34,936 nt of DNA, from sequence record SRR31156797_9120. One strand, 5' to 3'. Numbering within the stretch: the stretch's first letter is position 1; each line of letters starts with the position of its first letter. Below, piece by piece: positions 1 through 8,955 of the stretch. The notes under the pieces were generated by a model. The model was not told the DNA's origin and did no database searches. It saw only the letters and a list, made by a program, of their open reading frames with translations. Made by a program: the position numbers and the translations under genes.

Positions 1-24
1 CTCTACCAGCTGAGCTACTGAATC
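1..24 (-). tRNA. 5' end of a tRNA gene, truncated by the window edge; probably tRNA-Lys
   Basis: Reverse complement reads GATTCAG-TA-GCTCAGCTGGTAGAG: acceptor 5' strand, T8-A9 and a canonical D-arm with GG. The anticodon lies outside the window, so Lys is inferred only from the GATTC start typical of Bacteroidota tRNA-Lys. Confidence 0.85.
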
Positions 25-42
25 TCCTTGCTTTTGCGAGTG

Positions 43-74
43 CAAATATATCGTTTCAATTATTAACTTGCAAA
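43..74 (-). promoter_or_regulatory. Bacteroidota sigma-A promoter of the tRNA gene
   Basis: Minus strand: TTTG (71-74), 20-nt spacer, TATATTTG (43-50). Matches the -33/-7 consensus TTTG-N19-21-TAnnTTTG, about 18 nt before the tRNA. Confidence 0.8.
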
Positions 75-104
75 TATTAAAACAGTGTTTTTATAGCTAT
101 TTTA

Positions 105-1277
105 TTAAGTTGCTTTATTCCAATAATCTGCACTTCTATTTTTACTTGGAATAATATTAATAATTGTCTTAAAATTATTTTTAATAAAACTCCATTGGTT
201 AGGAAATTGATCGAACAGGTTATTTATAGCTAGTTTATTTTTACCTACGTATTCCGATATTGCAGCTCCACTAATACTTTTATCCATTGCCTGGCCAATA
301 TTATTACCTATTATATTTTGCCCCATTTGGTCAACTTTCAAAGCAGCCGTCTCTAATCGATCTAAAAAATCATGTAACTTTTGTAACCTAATAGGAAGTT
401 TTTGTATCATATGTAAACTTTTTGATGAATCATTAATGTTTACATATGTATCTGTATTGATATATTCTAGATAGATGGTTTTGTTTTCATTTGTATCGAT
501 AAAATCAACATATTCTATGGCTTCAATTAATGATTTTTTTAATTCACTTAAACTACCGTTAAATGATTTAATGAAATCCAGAGCATCATCCGAATAAACA
601 TAATTAACTTCATTAGGATGACAATAATCTTCAAGAACTTCATATGCATATGAAATAATCATTTCTTCATATTGCTGAATCTTTCTACCTTCTTTATTAT
701 CAGATCGTTTACGCTCTAAAATTTTTCTGGTTTTATCTCTAAACTGCATTAACTTCTTGTTTTCTGTCCAAAACATTTTGCAGTACGAAATTATTGAAGC
801 AGAAATTAAGTGACCAATAATTGATTTATTCTCGGTGGACAGAGATGATTTTTGATGTTGTATTCCAAAGTTATTTATCTCATCTTTAAAATAAACGAGT
901 ATAATATTTTTTCGGATATCATCACCTGGCAACGGAATTAATAATATTAGATTTTTAAACTCATCAAATATATTTAATTGAGAACGTTGTTTATTTGTTA
1001 AGGAAGTTTCAAATGGAACTTGATTAGTTTCAATCCACTTATAACTTTTTGATTCTTGCCTTAGTTGGTTTACTTGATCAACTACATTAGATAAATCCAG
1101 ATCATGTTCTTGTAATCTATGGTTGATATACTTTAAACTAACACCACATAATTCACCCGTGTCGGTACGTTCATAAATACCAACAATTTTTTCAACTCCT
1201 ACAACTAACTCTGAAATATGTTGAATGAGAGAAAAAAGCAGCTCTTCAGATAATATGGTTGTATAATTTTTAAGCAT
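105..1277 (-). CDS. Hypothetical protein, possible transcriptional regulator (GAF-like N-terminus, coiled coil, AAA+-lid-like segment, HTH-like C-terminus)
   Basis: 390-aa ORF with a TATATTTG -7 box at 1291-1298. YSDDALDFIKSFNGSLSELKKSLIEA resembles the sigma54-activator lid. GNNIGQAMDKSISGAAISEYV has HTH-like spacing. Domain calls are by eye. Confidence 0.6.
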   Translation of the reverse strand: MLKNYTTILSEELLFSLIQHISELVVGVEKIVGIYERTDTGELCGVSLKYINHRLQEHDLDLSNVVDQVNQLRQESKSYKWIETNQVPFETSLTNKQRSQLNIFDEFKNLILLIPLPGDDIRKNIILVYFKDEINNFGIQHQKSSLSTENKSIIGHLISASIISYCKMFWTENKKLMQFRDKTRKILERKRSDNKEGRKIQQYEEMIISYAYEVLEDYCHPNEVNYVYSDDALDFIKSFNGSLSELKKSLIEAIEYVDFIDTNENKTIYLEYINTDTYVNINDSSKSLHMIQKLPIRLQKLHDFLDRLETAALKVDQMGQNIIGNNIGQAMDKSISGAAISEYVGKNKLAINNLFDQFPNQWSFIKNNFKTIINIIPSKNRSADYWNKAT

Positions 1278-1290
1278 AACTACTTATATA

Positions 1291-1322
1291 CAAATATATG
1301 AATTAAGTAAATATTAGGCATA
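1291..1322 (-). promoter_or_regulatory. Putative promoter of the 390-aa gene
   Basis: Minus strand TATATTTG (1291-1298) with a degenerate -33 TATG (1319-1322) after a 20-nt spacer. Confidence 0.6.
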
Positions 1323-1351
1323 TATTAAGCTTTATAAATAGTACTATTAAG
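1302..1351. repeat. 11-bp-phased ATTA(A/G)G direct repeats
   Basis: ATTAAG at 1302, ATTAGG at 1313, ATTAAG at 1324, ATTAAG at 1346. The 1335 slot does not match. Confidence 0.55.
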
Positions 1352-1395
1352 CACTTTTATTTTGCTTAAAAACAGATTAAATAACTTAAAGTTCT

Positions 1396-1426
1396 TTTAT
1401 ACAGATGGTAAGGTGCTATAATTTTG
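1396..1426 (+). promoter_or_regulatory. Putative promoter of the 123-aa ORF
   Basis: TTTA (1396-1399), 19-nt spacer, TAATTTTG (1419-1426), about 35 nt upstream of the ATG at 1462. Confidence 0.55.
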
Positions 1427-1461
1427 TATATGAAATAATGGAAATTAAAAATACATAAGTT

Positions 1462-1833
1462 ATGAATGAACAAATATTAAGTATTGAGAAAGCATTTGTA
1501 AAGTGGTCAGTTTATTGTGTTGATTGGTTTATGAATTTATTTGCCGATCCGGATTACTACTGGACGGAGGAAACATATCCTCCTAAAAAAAGAACAATTG
1601 ATGTTCGTAATCCTACAAAATCAACAAATTTTAAGAATAATAAAGTCAAAGGGAATTCCATTTTTACAAAAATTGTAAAAAAGCAAAGCAAAATTAAACG
1701 TATTCCGAAAGTTAGAAGAATGATTAGTGATTCAGTATTATTGAATATGCGAAAAATAAGAATATTTAATCTTTTTAATAACAATATTGTTCGTTTAGCT
1801 TATTTCAATTTGTATATATTTGGTGCAAATTGA
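1462..1833 (+). CDS. Small hypothetical protein with aromatic/acidic N-terminus and Lys/Arg-rich remainder
   Basis: 123-aa ATG ORF with an A-rich leader and an upstream promoter match. No recognisable family. The 3' end overlaps the next gene's promoter. Confidence 0.5.
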   Translation: MNEQILSIEKAFVKWSVYCVDWFMNLFADPDYYWTEETYPPKKRTIDVRNPTKSTNFKNNKVKGNSIFTKIVKKQSKIKRIPKVRRMISDSVLLNMRKIRIFNLFNNNIVRLAYFNLYIFGAN

Positions 1834-1840
1834 AACTAGC

Positions 1841-3031
1841 ATGAAGTACATACAACTGATTCTAATAATATATTTTTTAAGCATAACCATGCTACACGCA
1901 AAGCCTGTAAAGCTTTCTGAAAATGCAAAAATTTCAGTACTCACTTGTTCACAAGGAGAAGAATTATATTCGGCTTTCGGTCACTCTGCAATTCGGGTTA
2001 ACGATCCTGCAACGAAACTAGATGTTGTATTTAATTATGGTACATTTAATTTCAATACGCCCAATTTTTATTTGAAGTTTGCCAATGGTAAATTAAATTA
2101 TATGCTTAGTGCAGCTGATTATAAAGATTTTTTACCTGAATATTTCAGAGATAGTAGAAATGTAACAGAGCAGGTTTTGAATTTAAATTTAGATGATACG
2201 CAAGCTATTTTTGATGCTTTAGTTATAAATTATAAACCTGAAAACAGATACTATAAATACGACTTTTTTTTTGATAATTGTGCAACACGTATTTTCGATA
2301 TTGTTAATGATAACATTCAAGGAAAGATTACCTTAAGTGATAGTTCTGCCATTTTCAATGGGCAATCCTATAGAGAGTGTATGCACTATTACTTAGAGAA
2401 TTCGCCTTGGATTGAAACAGGTTTAAATATAATATTAGGTTTGCCTGCAGACAATGAACCTAGCGTTAAACAATCCACTTTTTTACCGGTTTTTTTAATG
2501 CATACCTTAATTAATGCTTCATTTATTGCAGACAGGAATGAAGCAAAAAATGTTGTAAAAGAAGAGGTTCCACTTTTAAAATTTGAAGGAAGAAAAGATA
2601 TCAAAACAAGATGGTATACCAAGCCAGTAATTCTATTTAGCTTAATTGTATTTGTAATTATCACAATAAGTTTATTAGATAAAAACAAAAGTATTTTCTG
2701 GCGTTATTTTGATGGAACTTTATTTCTGACTGTAGGTATTATTGGATTATTGATCTCTTATTTATGGATAGTTACAGATCATAGTGTAACAGCCAATAAC
2801 TTGAATATTTTATGGTCGTTTCCAACATTTATTTATTTGGCATTTTCAAAATTGGAAAGTAAAGTTGGAAACTATGTGATGAGAATTAACATTTTATTAT
2901 TAGTCGTATTTATAATGGGATGGTCAATTATTCCTCAATCATTTCCATATGCAACTATTCCTATTAGTATATTATTACTATTTAGATGTTACATCAAATG
3001 GAAAAAAACACTTAAACTCATAACCAATTAA
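1841..3031 (+). CDS. lnb: Lipoprotein N-acyltransferase Lnb family (DUF4105) membrane protein
   Basis: Motifs ELYSAFGHSAIR, FNYGTFNF and YKYDFFFDNCATR (conserved His and Cys), a signal peptide and about 5 C-terminal TM helices. Start moved to ATG 1841 because a TATATTTG box (1815-1822) overlaps the track's TTG start. Confidence 0.75.
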   Translation: MKYIQLILIIYFLSITMLHAKPVKLSENAKISVLTCSQGEELYSAFGHSAIRVNDPATKLDVVFNYGTFNFNTPNFYLKFANGKLNYMLSAADYKDFLPEYFRDSRNVTEQVLNLNLDDTQAIFDALVINYKPENRYYKYDFFFDNCATRIFDIVNDNIQGKITLSDSSAIFNGQSYRECMHYYLENSPWIETGLNIILGLPADNEPSVKQSTFLPVFLMHTLINASFIADRNEAKNVVKEEVPLLKFEGRKDIKTRWYTKPVILFSLIVFVIITISLLDKNKSIFWRYFDGTLFLTVGIIGLLISYLWIVTDHSVTANNLNILWSFPTFIYLAFSKLESKVGNYVMRINILLLVVFIMGWSIIPQSFPYATIPISILLLFRCYIKWKKTLKLITN

Positions 3032-3093
3032 GTTTAATACCGTACATACAAGCAAAAAAATACCTGCCAATTTGTACCTTTTAAAGGTTGTGT

Positions 3094-3125
3094 TTTGTTG
3101 TTTTTAATGCTTTTAGTTAGTTTTG
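3094..3125 (+). promoter_or_regulatory. Bacteroidota sigma-A promoter of the serine hydrolase
   Basis: TTTG (3094-3097), 20-nt spacer, TAGTTTTG (3118-3125): exact consensus. Confidence 0.75.
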
Positions 3126-3147
3126 TGGGAATTAAATTGTACGGTTA

Positions 3148-4470
3148 ATGACATTCTTATATAAATCAGGAATTGCTCTTAGTGGAGTAATTGCTCTAGT
3201 GATTGCTAATATTGCCTTTTTTAATTTTGGAAATTCTTTTGGGGGAGACTTTGTTCCTCCGGCTCCAACAGTATCGTCACATAGAATATCTAATGCATTT
3301 TCAGATCAAAAAAGATTTGAAATTGTAGATTATAATATCGAACGTTTTATAAAAAGAAATAGCCTTGCCGGTGCTTCAGTTTCAGTTGTTAAAGATGGGA
3401 AACTCGTGTTTACAAAAGGCTATGGTTTTTCAGACAAAGAAAATTCAATTCAGGTTCAACCTTATAATTTATTCCGTATAGCCAGTGTATCAAAGTTAAT
3501 TACAGCTGTTGGTATAATGAAACTGGTTGAATCAAATCAACTTTCATTAGAAAGCAAAGTTTTTGGAACAGAAGGTGTTTTAAACGATTCTATTTTTCTA
3601 AACTATAGAGATAAAAAAGTTGAGAATATAACAGTTCGTCAGCTTTTAAATCATTCTGCAGGTTGGACTAACAGGTGGGGAGATCCAATGTTTATGCCTA
3701 ATGTAATTGCGAAAAAACTAAATAAGAGTTACCCAATCACCAAAGAGGATATTATCCAGTTTATGCTTCAAAAAAGACTACATTATCCTCCAGGTACTAT
3801 GTCTTCGTATAGTAACTTAGGATATGCAATTCTAGAGAAAGTAATAGAAAATGCATCAGGAATGGATTATGAGCTGTTTATTAAAACTAGTGTACTATAT
3901 CCATTAGAGATATTCGATATGCAAATTGGAGGTAGTTACCCTTGGGAAAGAGTTGATCAGGAAGTAAAATATTATGAGCCTGATGACGCGTATATGGTTG
4001 AAGATCATTTAGGAGGAGAGGAATTAGTTCCAAGAAGTTATGGTGGAAATGATATTAAGGTACTTGGAGCAGCAGGAGGTTGGATTGCATCATCGACAGA
4101 TCTTTTAAGATTAGTAGTAGCAATTGATGGCTTTGATTATCCTGAAGATATCATATCTCAAAGCAGTATTGATGAAATGATATCCATGGAGTTAGTTGGA
4201 GGAAGTCCTCTTGGCTGGCGCGGAGTAAGAAAGAATTATTGGTACAGAACAGGTACTTTGGCTGGAACATCAGCTCTTGTAGTTAGATATAATGATGGAA
4301 TAACTTATGCCATTGTATTCAACACAAATTCCTGGAAAGGTCCTGAATTTGCTAATGATATCAAATATATGATGGACAGAACAATTGCTAAAGTGGAAAG
4401 CTGGCCTGATTATAATTTATTTGAATTACGTAATAAAGAAAAACCTCGTCGTAATTCAATTATTTTCTAA
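3148..4470 (+). CDS. Serine hydrolase, beta-lactamase class C / PBP-like family, N-terminally anchored or secreted
   Basis: SxxK (FRIASVSKLIT), LLNHSAG, YxN (YSNLGY), an RTG in the KTG/HTG-equivalent position and a hydrophobic N-terminus. Confidence 0.85.
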   Translation: MTFLYKSGIALSGVIALVIANIAFFNFGNSFGGDFVPPAPTVSSHRISNAFSDQKRFEIVDYNIERFIKRNSLAGASVSVVKDGKLVFTKGYGFSDKENSIQVQPYNLFRIASVSKLITAVGIMKLVESNQLSLESKVFGTEGVLNDSIFLNYRDKKVENITVRQLLNHSAGWTNRWGDPMFMPNVIAKKLNKSYPITKEDIIQFMLQKRLHYPPGTMSSYSNLGYAILEKVIENASGMDYELFIKTSVLYPLEIFDMQIGGSYPWERVDQEVKYYEPDDAYMVEDHLGGEELVPRSYGGNDIKVLGAAGGWIASSTDLLRLVVAIDGFDYPEDIISQSSIDEMISMELVGGSPLGWRGVRKNYWYRTGTLAGTSALVVRYNDGITYAIVFNTNSWKGPEFANDIKYMMDRTIAKVESWPDYNLFELRNKEKPRRNSIIF

Positions 4471-4545
4471 ACATTTTTCATTCATTAATGTTAAATTCTT
4501 ATTTATAAGAGGGCTATTATAGCCATTAATAGAGATATTATTAGC

Positions 4546-5031
4546 ATGATTGATATAAATAAATTTACCATTACAGAATTACCTTTTGGCGAAAGACGAA
4601 CCAATTTTAAACCTGACATTCGTATTTATGAATACCTTAATGAAGAAGGTATTAGACAAATGGTAAGTAATCACTATGATTTACTTGTAAAAAGTGAAAT
4701 TAAAGAGATTTTTCCTCCAGAAGGTGATTTGTTAGATGGGGCAAAAAAACGATCTGCAGATTTCTTTATTCAAAGAATGGGTGGGCCGGAATATTATAAA
4801 ATGACTCGTGGTAATCCAATGTTGGCCAATAGACATTTACCATTCAAAATTTCACCTAAAACGAGAATTGTATGGTTAAGATGTTATAAAGAAGTATTAT
4901 CTAAACTGGAGAATGTACCTGAGGATATTGTACTGGCTTTTTGGAAATGGTTAGATGAATTTTCTAATTGGATGGTAAATCAACCAGATGAGCCTCAATT
5001 TAAAGTGAATATCTCAATTCCTGGTAAATAG
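4546..5031 (+). CDS. Group II truncated hemoglobin (trHbO/GlbO-like globin)
   Basis: FFIQRMGGPEYY...RGNPMLANRHLPFKI...WLRC shows the GGP motif, proximal His and G8 Trp typical of group II 2/2 globins. Confidence 0.85.
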   Translation: MIDINKFTITELPFGERRTNFKPDIRIYEYLNEEGIRQMVSNHYDLLVKSEIKEIFPPEGDLLDGAKKRSADFFIQRMGGPEYYKMTRGNPMLANRHLPFKISPKTRIVWLRCYKEVLSKLENVPEDIVLAFWKWLDEFSNWMVNQPDEPQFKVNISIPGK

Positions 5032-5097
5032 AAAAATCAGGAATTTTTTATTTGCCACACCTGTCCTATAGTTGATATTATGTTATTTAAATATATA

Positions 5098-5133
5098 TAT
5101 AAATATCCGACCCAAACGAGCCGGACATTTATA
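5098..5133 (-). terminator. Hairpin terminator after the gyrA-TPR operon
   Basis: Minus-strand RNA UAUAAAUGUCCGGCUC-GUUU-GGGUCGGAUAUUUAUA forms a 16-bp stem with G-U pairs, 8 nt after the TPR stop. The U-tract is weak. Confidence 0.6.
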
Positions 5134-5141
5134 ATCTCCTC

Positions 5142-6305
5142 TTATAAAGACTTTAATATCTTATCCATTTCATTATACTTATCCATCATTTCAAATCGAT
5201 AATATAATGTTTTTAAGCTTTCTAAAACAGCAGCTTCTTTAGCGTTAACTTCTAAAGCTTTTTCAAAAAAAGGTAATGCCTTTTTAAATGTTTTATCAGC
5301 TATTGTCTTTTTAGCTTCATACTTTTTAAAATCAGTTTCATCATTAGCTACATTCATTTCTTCAACACCTTGGTTAAAATACATAACTCCAAGGTTGTAC
5401 AAAGCATTAAAGTTTTTAGGATCAAGCTCTAAACACTTATTATAATCCTCTTTTGCTTTATCGAAGTTTTTACTATTATCATACAATGCAGCTCTTGCAT
5501 AATAAAATGATGGATTACTCTGGTCTTTCTCAATCGCTTTATTTAAGTAATCCAAAGCAATATCATTTTGTTGGGTTTCAAGATGATAATTGATTAAAAT
5601 ACCAATAATTCTGCTATCATCAGGATAAGTTTCAAAACCTTTAATCAAGTTTGAACCCATGTTAGTTGAATCTCCTGATTCACTATACATCTGGTGTTTC
5701 AATAATACAGCATCTGCTCCACCATATTTATATTCGATTGATTTATCCAGGTATTTCTCTGCAACTTCCCAGTTTTTTGCCTGATATGCAGCTAACGCTG
5801 TGTTATAAATAATGGCTGTATCAATTTTTTCACCTTGCACCTCAATTAGATATTCATTATCGTTTAAAGATAAAAGTCCATCAAAAGCTTTTACAGCACC
5901 AGCATAATCTTCTTTATTAAAAGCCTCTACACCGGCGTTTGTTAACTGATTTCCAAATAAAAGTAAGGCCTGACCAATCTCTTTTTTATACTTACCTATT
6001 TGCTTTCCTTTTTCATTGCCTTTTTTGTCAAGTTCAACAGCTTTCAAATAGTACTCATAAGCTTTAAGAATTCCGTTTTCTTCTTTACCTTCTTCAGCTA
6101 ACTTAGTATATACCTTAGCAGCAACGATAAAAGTTTTAGGCCAAGTGTTACTTTTTTCATTGTCAACAGCCGCATCAATAGCCTCTTTTGCTTTATCTAC
6201 ATCACCTTGATCAAACAAAGTAAGTGCCGTTGTTACTTTACCTTTCTGAGCCATTGCAAGTGTCATTGCAAAAATGGCTACTAGAAATAAAATTGTCTTC
6301 TTCAT
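5142..6305 (-). CDS. Secreted tetratricopeptide repeat protein downstream of gyrA
   Basis: Signal peptide (MKKTILFLVAIFAMTLAMAQ) and several TPR motifs (e.g. FYYARAALYD...AKEDYNKCLELDPKNFNALYNLG). Confidence 0.85.
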   Translation of the reverse strand: MKKTILFLVAIFAMTLAMAQKGKVTTALTLFDQGDVDKAKEAIDAAVDNEKSNTWPKTFIVAAKVYTKLAEEGKEENGILKAYEYYLKAVELDKKGNEKGKQIGKYKKEIGQALLLFGNQLTNAGVEAFNKEDYAGAVKAFDGLLSLNDNEYLIEVQGEKIDTAIIYNTALAAYQAKNWEVAEKYLDKSIEYKYGGADAVLLKHQMYSESGDSTNMGSNLIKGFETYPDDSRIIGILINYHLETQQNDIALDYLNKAIEKDQSNPSFYYARAALYDNSKNFDKAKEDYNKCLELDPKNFNALYNLGVMYFNQGVEEMNVANDETDFKKYEAKKTIADKTFKKALPFFEKALEVNAKEAAVLESLKTLYYRFEMMDKYNEMDKILKSL

Positions 6306-6351
6306 TGTATTTAGTTTTTATTGTGTGGATTTAATCCTCAAAATTAGATTT

Positions 6352-8892
6352 TTATTCCTGAGTATCAGTTGTGTTTTCCGAAGAACCTGATTCTGGTGTA
6401 ATGTCATCTGTTTTTGCCTCTACATCTTCTTCTGTTTCTTCTTCTTCTTTAAAAGCAGAAACTTTTGCAACAGAGGCAATCTGATCATTATTTCTTAAGT
6501 TAATTACTTTAACACCTTGTGTAGCCCTACCTGTTGTTCTTAACTCAGATAAAGCTAAACGAATTGTAATACCAGATTTATTGATAATCATTAGATCATT
6601 ATCATCGGTTACGTTTTTAATGGAAATTAGGGCTCCAGTTTTATCTGTAATTTTCATGGTTTTTACACCCTTTCCACCACGATTGGTAATACGATAGTCT
6701 TCTATTTTAGATCTTTTACCAAATCCTTTTTCAGATACAACTAATACATCTTCTTGTTCTGTATCTTTTACACATATCATGCCAACCACTTCGTCATCTT
6801 TAGAATCAAGCGTTATACCCCTCACTCCTAGTCCAGTACGACCAATACATCTCACTTTAGATTCATTGAATCGAATAGCTCTACCTGATCTGGTTGCCAT
6901 TAAGATTTCAGCTTCACCATGAGTTAATCGTGCTTGTATTAATTCATCATCTTCTTTAATTGTAATAGCATTAACACCATTTACACGAGGACGGGAATAA
7001 TCTGCAAGTAGTGATTTTTTAATGATACCTTTTTGGGTACCCATAATAATATAATGGCTATTTATATAATCCTGTTCATTTAATTTTTTAACCTTAATAA
7101 ATGCCCTTACTTTATCATCAGCCTCAATGTTAAGTAGATTTTGAATAGCTCTACCCTTGGTATTTTTAGCTCCTTCCGGAATTTCATATACTTTTAACCA
7201 GAAACAACGACCCTTAGTTGTAAAGAACAACATAGTATTATGCATAGTTGCAGGATACAGGTGCTCAATAAAGTCTTCGTCTCTAGTAGTACTTCCTTTA
7301 GATCCTACTCCTCCACGTGATTGTGTTCTAAATTCTGCTAAAGGAGTTCTTTTGATATAACCCATGTGTGAAATAGTAATTACCATTTCATCATCGGCAT
7401 AAAAATCTTCTGGGTTAAATTCTTCCGAAGAGTAAACTATTTCAGTTTTTCTGTCATCACCATATTTATCACGGATTTGAACTAATTCTTCAGTAATGAT
7501 TTCCATTCTTCTGAATTCGTGCTCTAAAATATCTTTTAGATCTGCAATCTCTTTTAACAACTCATCATATTCAGCACGTAACTTATCTTGCTCTAGTCCG
7601 GTTAACTGACGTAAACGCATATCTACAATAGCACGCGCTTGAATATCGGATAATTCAAATCTGGCAATTAAATTCTCTCGAGCTTCATCGGGACTAGCTG
7701 CTGCTCTAATTATTTTAATTACTTCATCAATATTATCACTAGCAATAATTAACCCTTCCAGAATATGAGCTCTTTTCTCAGCCTGCTCTAATTCGTATTG
7801 GGTACGACGAGTTACTACATCATGTCGGTGATCAACAAAGTTGCTGATTAATCCTTTTAAGTTAAGTAATTGCGGACGACCTTTAACTAATGCAATATTA
7901 TTTACACTAAAAGAAGATTGTAATGCGGTAAGCTTATATAAATTATTTAATACAACATTAGCAATAGCATCTTTTTTAAGATCGACAACGATACGCATAC
8001 CTTGTCTATCTGATTCATCATTTACATTGCTAATTCCTTCAATTTTCTTATCGTTAACTAAATCAGCAATTTTCATAATTAATTCCGCCTTATTTACAAG
8101 GTAAGGAATTTCTGTAATGATGATTTTATCTCTTCCGTTATTATCAGTCTCAACTTCAGCTTTTGCTCTAACTACAACTCTTCCTCTACCTGTTTCAAAA
8201 GCTTCTTTAATTCCTTTGTAACCATAAATTATACCTCCGGTAGGGAAATCAGGTGCTTTTACATACTCCAATAATCCATCAATTTCGATATCATTATTTT
8301 CGATGTAAGCTACTGTTGCATTTATAATTTCAGTTAAATTATGTGGTGGCATATTAGTGGCCATCCCAACAGCAATACCAGAAGCTCCGTTAACTAAAAG
8401 GTTTGGAATTCTGGTTGGTAAAACGGTTGGCTCCTGAATAGAGTCATCAAAGTTTAATTGAAAATCAACTGTTCTTTTATCAATATCAATTAAAGTTTCT
8501 TCTGCAATTTTATTAAGTCTTGCTTCGGTATAACGCATAGCGGCAGGGCTATCTCCATCAACAGATCCAAAGTTTCCCTGTCCGTCAATTAATGGATATC
8601 TTAATGACCAATCCTGAGCCATACGTACCATTGCAAAATATACAGAAGAATCGCCATGTGGGTGATATTTACCTAACACCTCTCCTACAATCCTGGCCGA
8701 TTTTTTATATGGCTTGGAGGAAGTAATTCCTAATTCACTCATTCCAAAAAGCACACGTCTGTGAACAGGTTTAAAACCGTCTCTTACATCTGGCAGTGCC
8801 CTTGAAACAATAACCGACATTGAATAATCAATGTAGGCCGATTTCATTTCTTCCTCAATATTAATTTTAATTATTTTCTCTCCTTCAGCCAT
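6352..8892 (-). CDS. gyrA: DNA gyrase subunit A
   Basis: [30 protein letters not shown] (catalytic Tyr), GyrA-box QSRGGVG, pinwheel repeats and an acidic tail. Confidence 0.98.
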   Translation of the reverse strand: MAEGEKIIKINIEEEMKSAYIDYSMSVIVSRALPDVRDGFKPVHRRVLFGMSELGITSSKPYKKSARIVGEVLGKYHPHGDSSVYFAMVRMAQDWSLRYPLIDGQGNFGSVDGDSPAAMRYTEARLNKIAEETLIDIDKRTVDFQLNFDDSIQEPTVLPTRIPNLLVNGASGIAVGMATNMPPHNLTEIINATVAYIENNDIEIDGLLEYVKAPDFPTGGIIYGYKGIKEAFETGRGRVVVRAKAEVETDNNGRDKIIITEIPYLVNKAELIMKIADLVNDKKIEGISNVNDESDRQGMRIVVDLKKDAIANVVLNNLYKLTALQSSFSVNNIALVKGRPQLLNLKGLISNFVDHRHDVVTRRTQYELEQAEKRAHILEGLIIASDNIDEVIKIIRAAASPDEARENLIARFELSDIQARAIVDMRLRQLTGLEQDKLRAEYDELLKEIADLKDILEHEFRRMEIITEELVQIRDKYGDDRKTEIVYSSEEFNPEDFYADDEMVITISHMGYIKRTPLAEFRTQSRGGVGSKGSTTRDEDFIEHLYPATMHNTMLFFTTKGRCFWLKVYEIPEGAKNTKGRAIQNLLNIEADDKVRAFIKVKKLNEQDYINSHYIIMGTQKGIIKKSLLADYSRPRVNGVNAITIKEDDELIQARLTHGEAEILMATRSGRAIRFNESKVRCIGRTGLGVRGITLDSKDDEVVGMICVKDTEQEDVLVVSEKGFGKRSKIEDYRITNRGGKGVKTMKITDKTGALISIKNVTDDNDLMIINKSGITIRLALSELRTTGRATQGVKVINLRNNDQIASVAKVSAFKEEEETEEDVEAKTDDITPESGSSENTTDTQE

Positions 8893-8927
8893 TTAATATT
8901 AAATTATGAATTAGAATTTACAAAACG

Positions 8928-8955
8928 AAAACAGGCCTTTTATAGCCTGTTTTTT
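8928..8955. terminator. Terminator-like hairpin just upstream of gyrA
   Basis: AAAACAGGC-cttttata-GCCTGTTTT, a 9-bp stem with T-runs in both orientations. Confidence 0.5.

Noticed and set aside
1-3100. Very AT-rich genes next to a tRNA as a possible genomic island
   Set aside because: These genes lie on the 5' side of the tRNA, whereas integration normally targets the 3' end, which is outside the window. No integrase or att duplication is visible and lnb is a core gene.
3148-4470. AmpC beta-lactamase resistance gene
   Set aside because: Family motifs alone do not show beta-lactamase activity, and the KTG motif is replaced by RTG.
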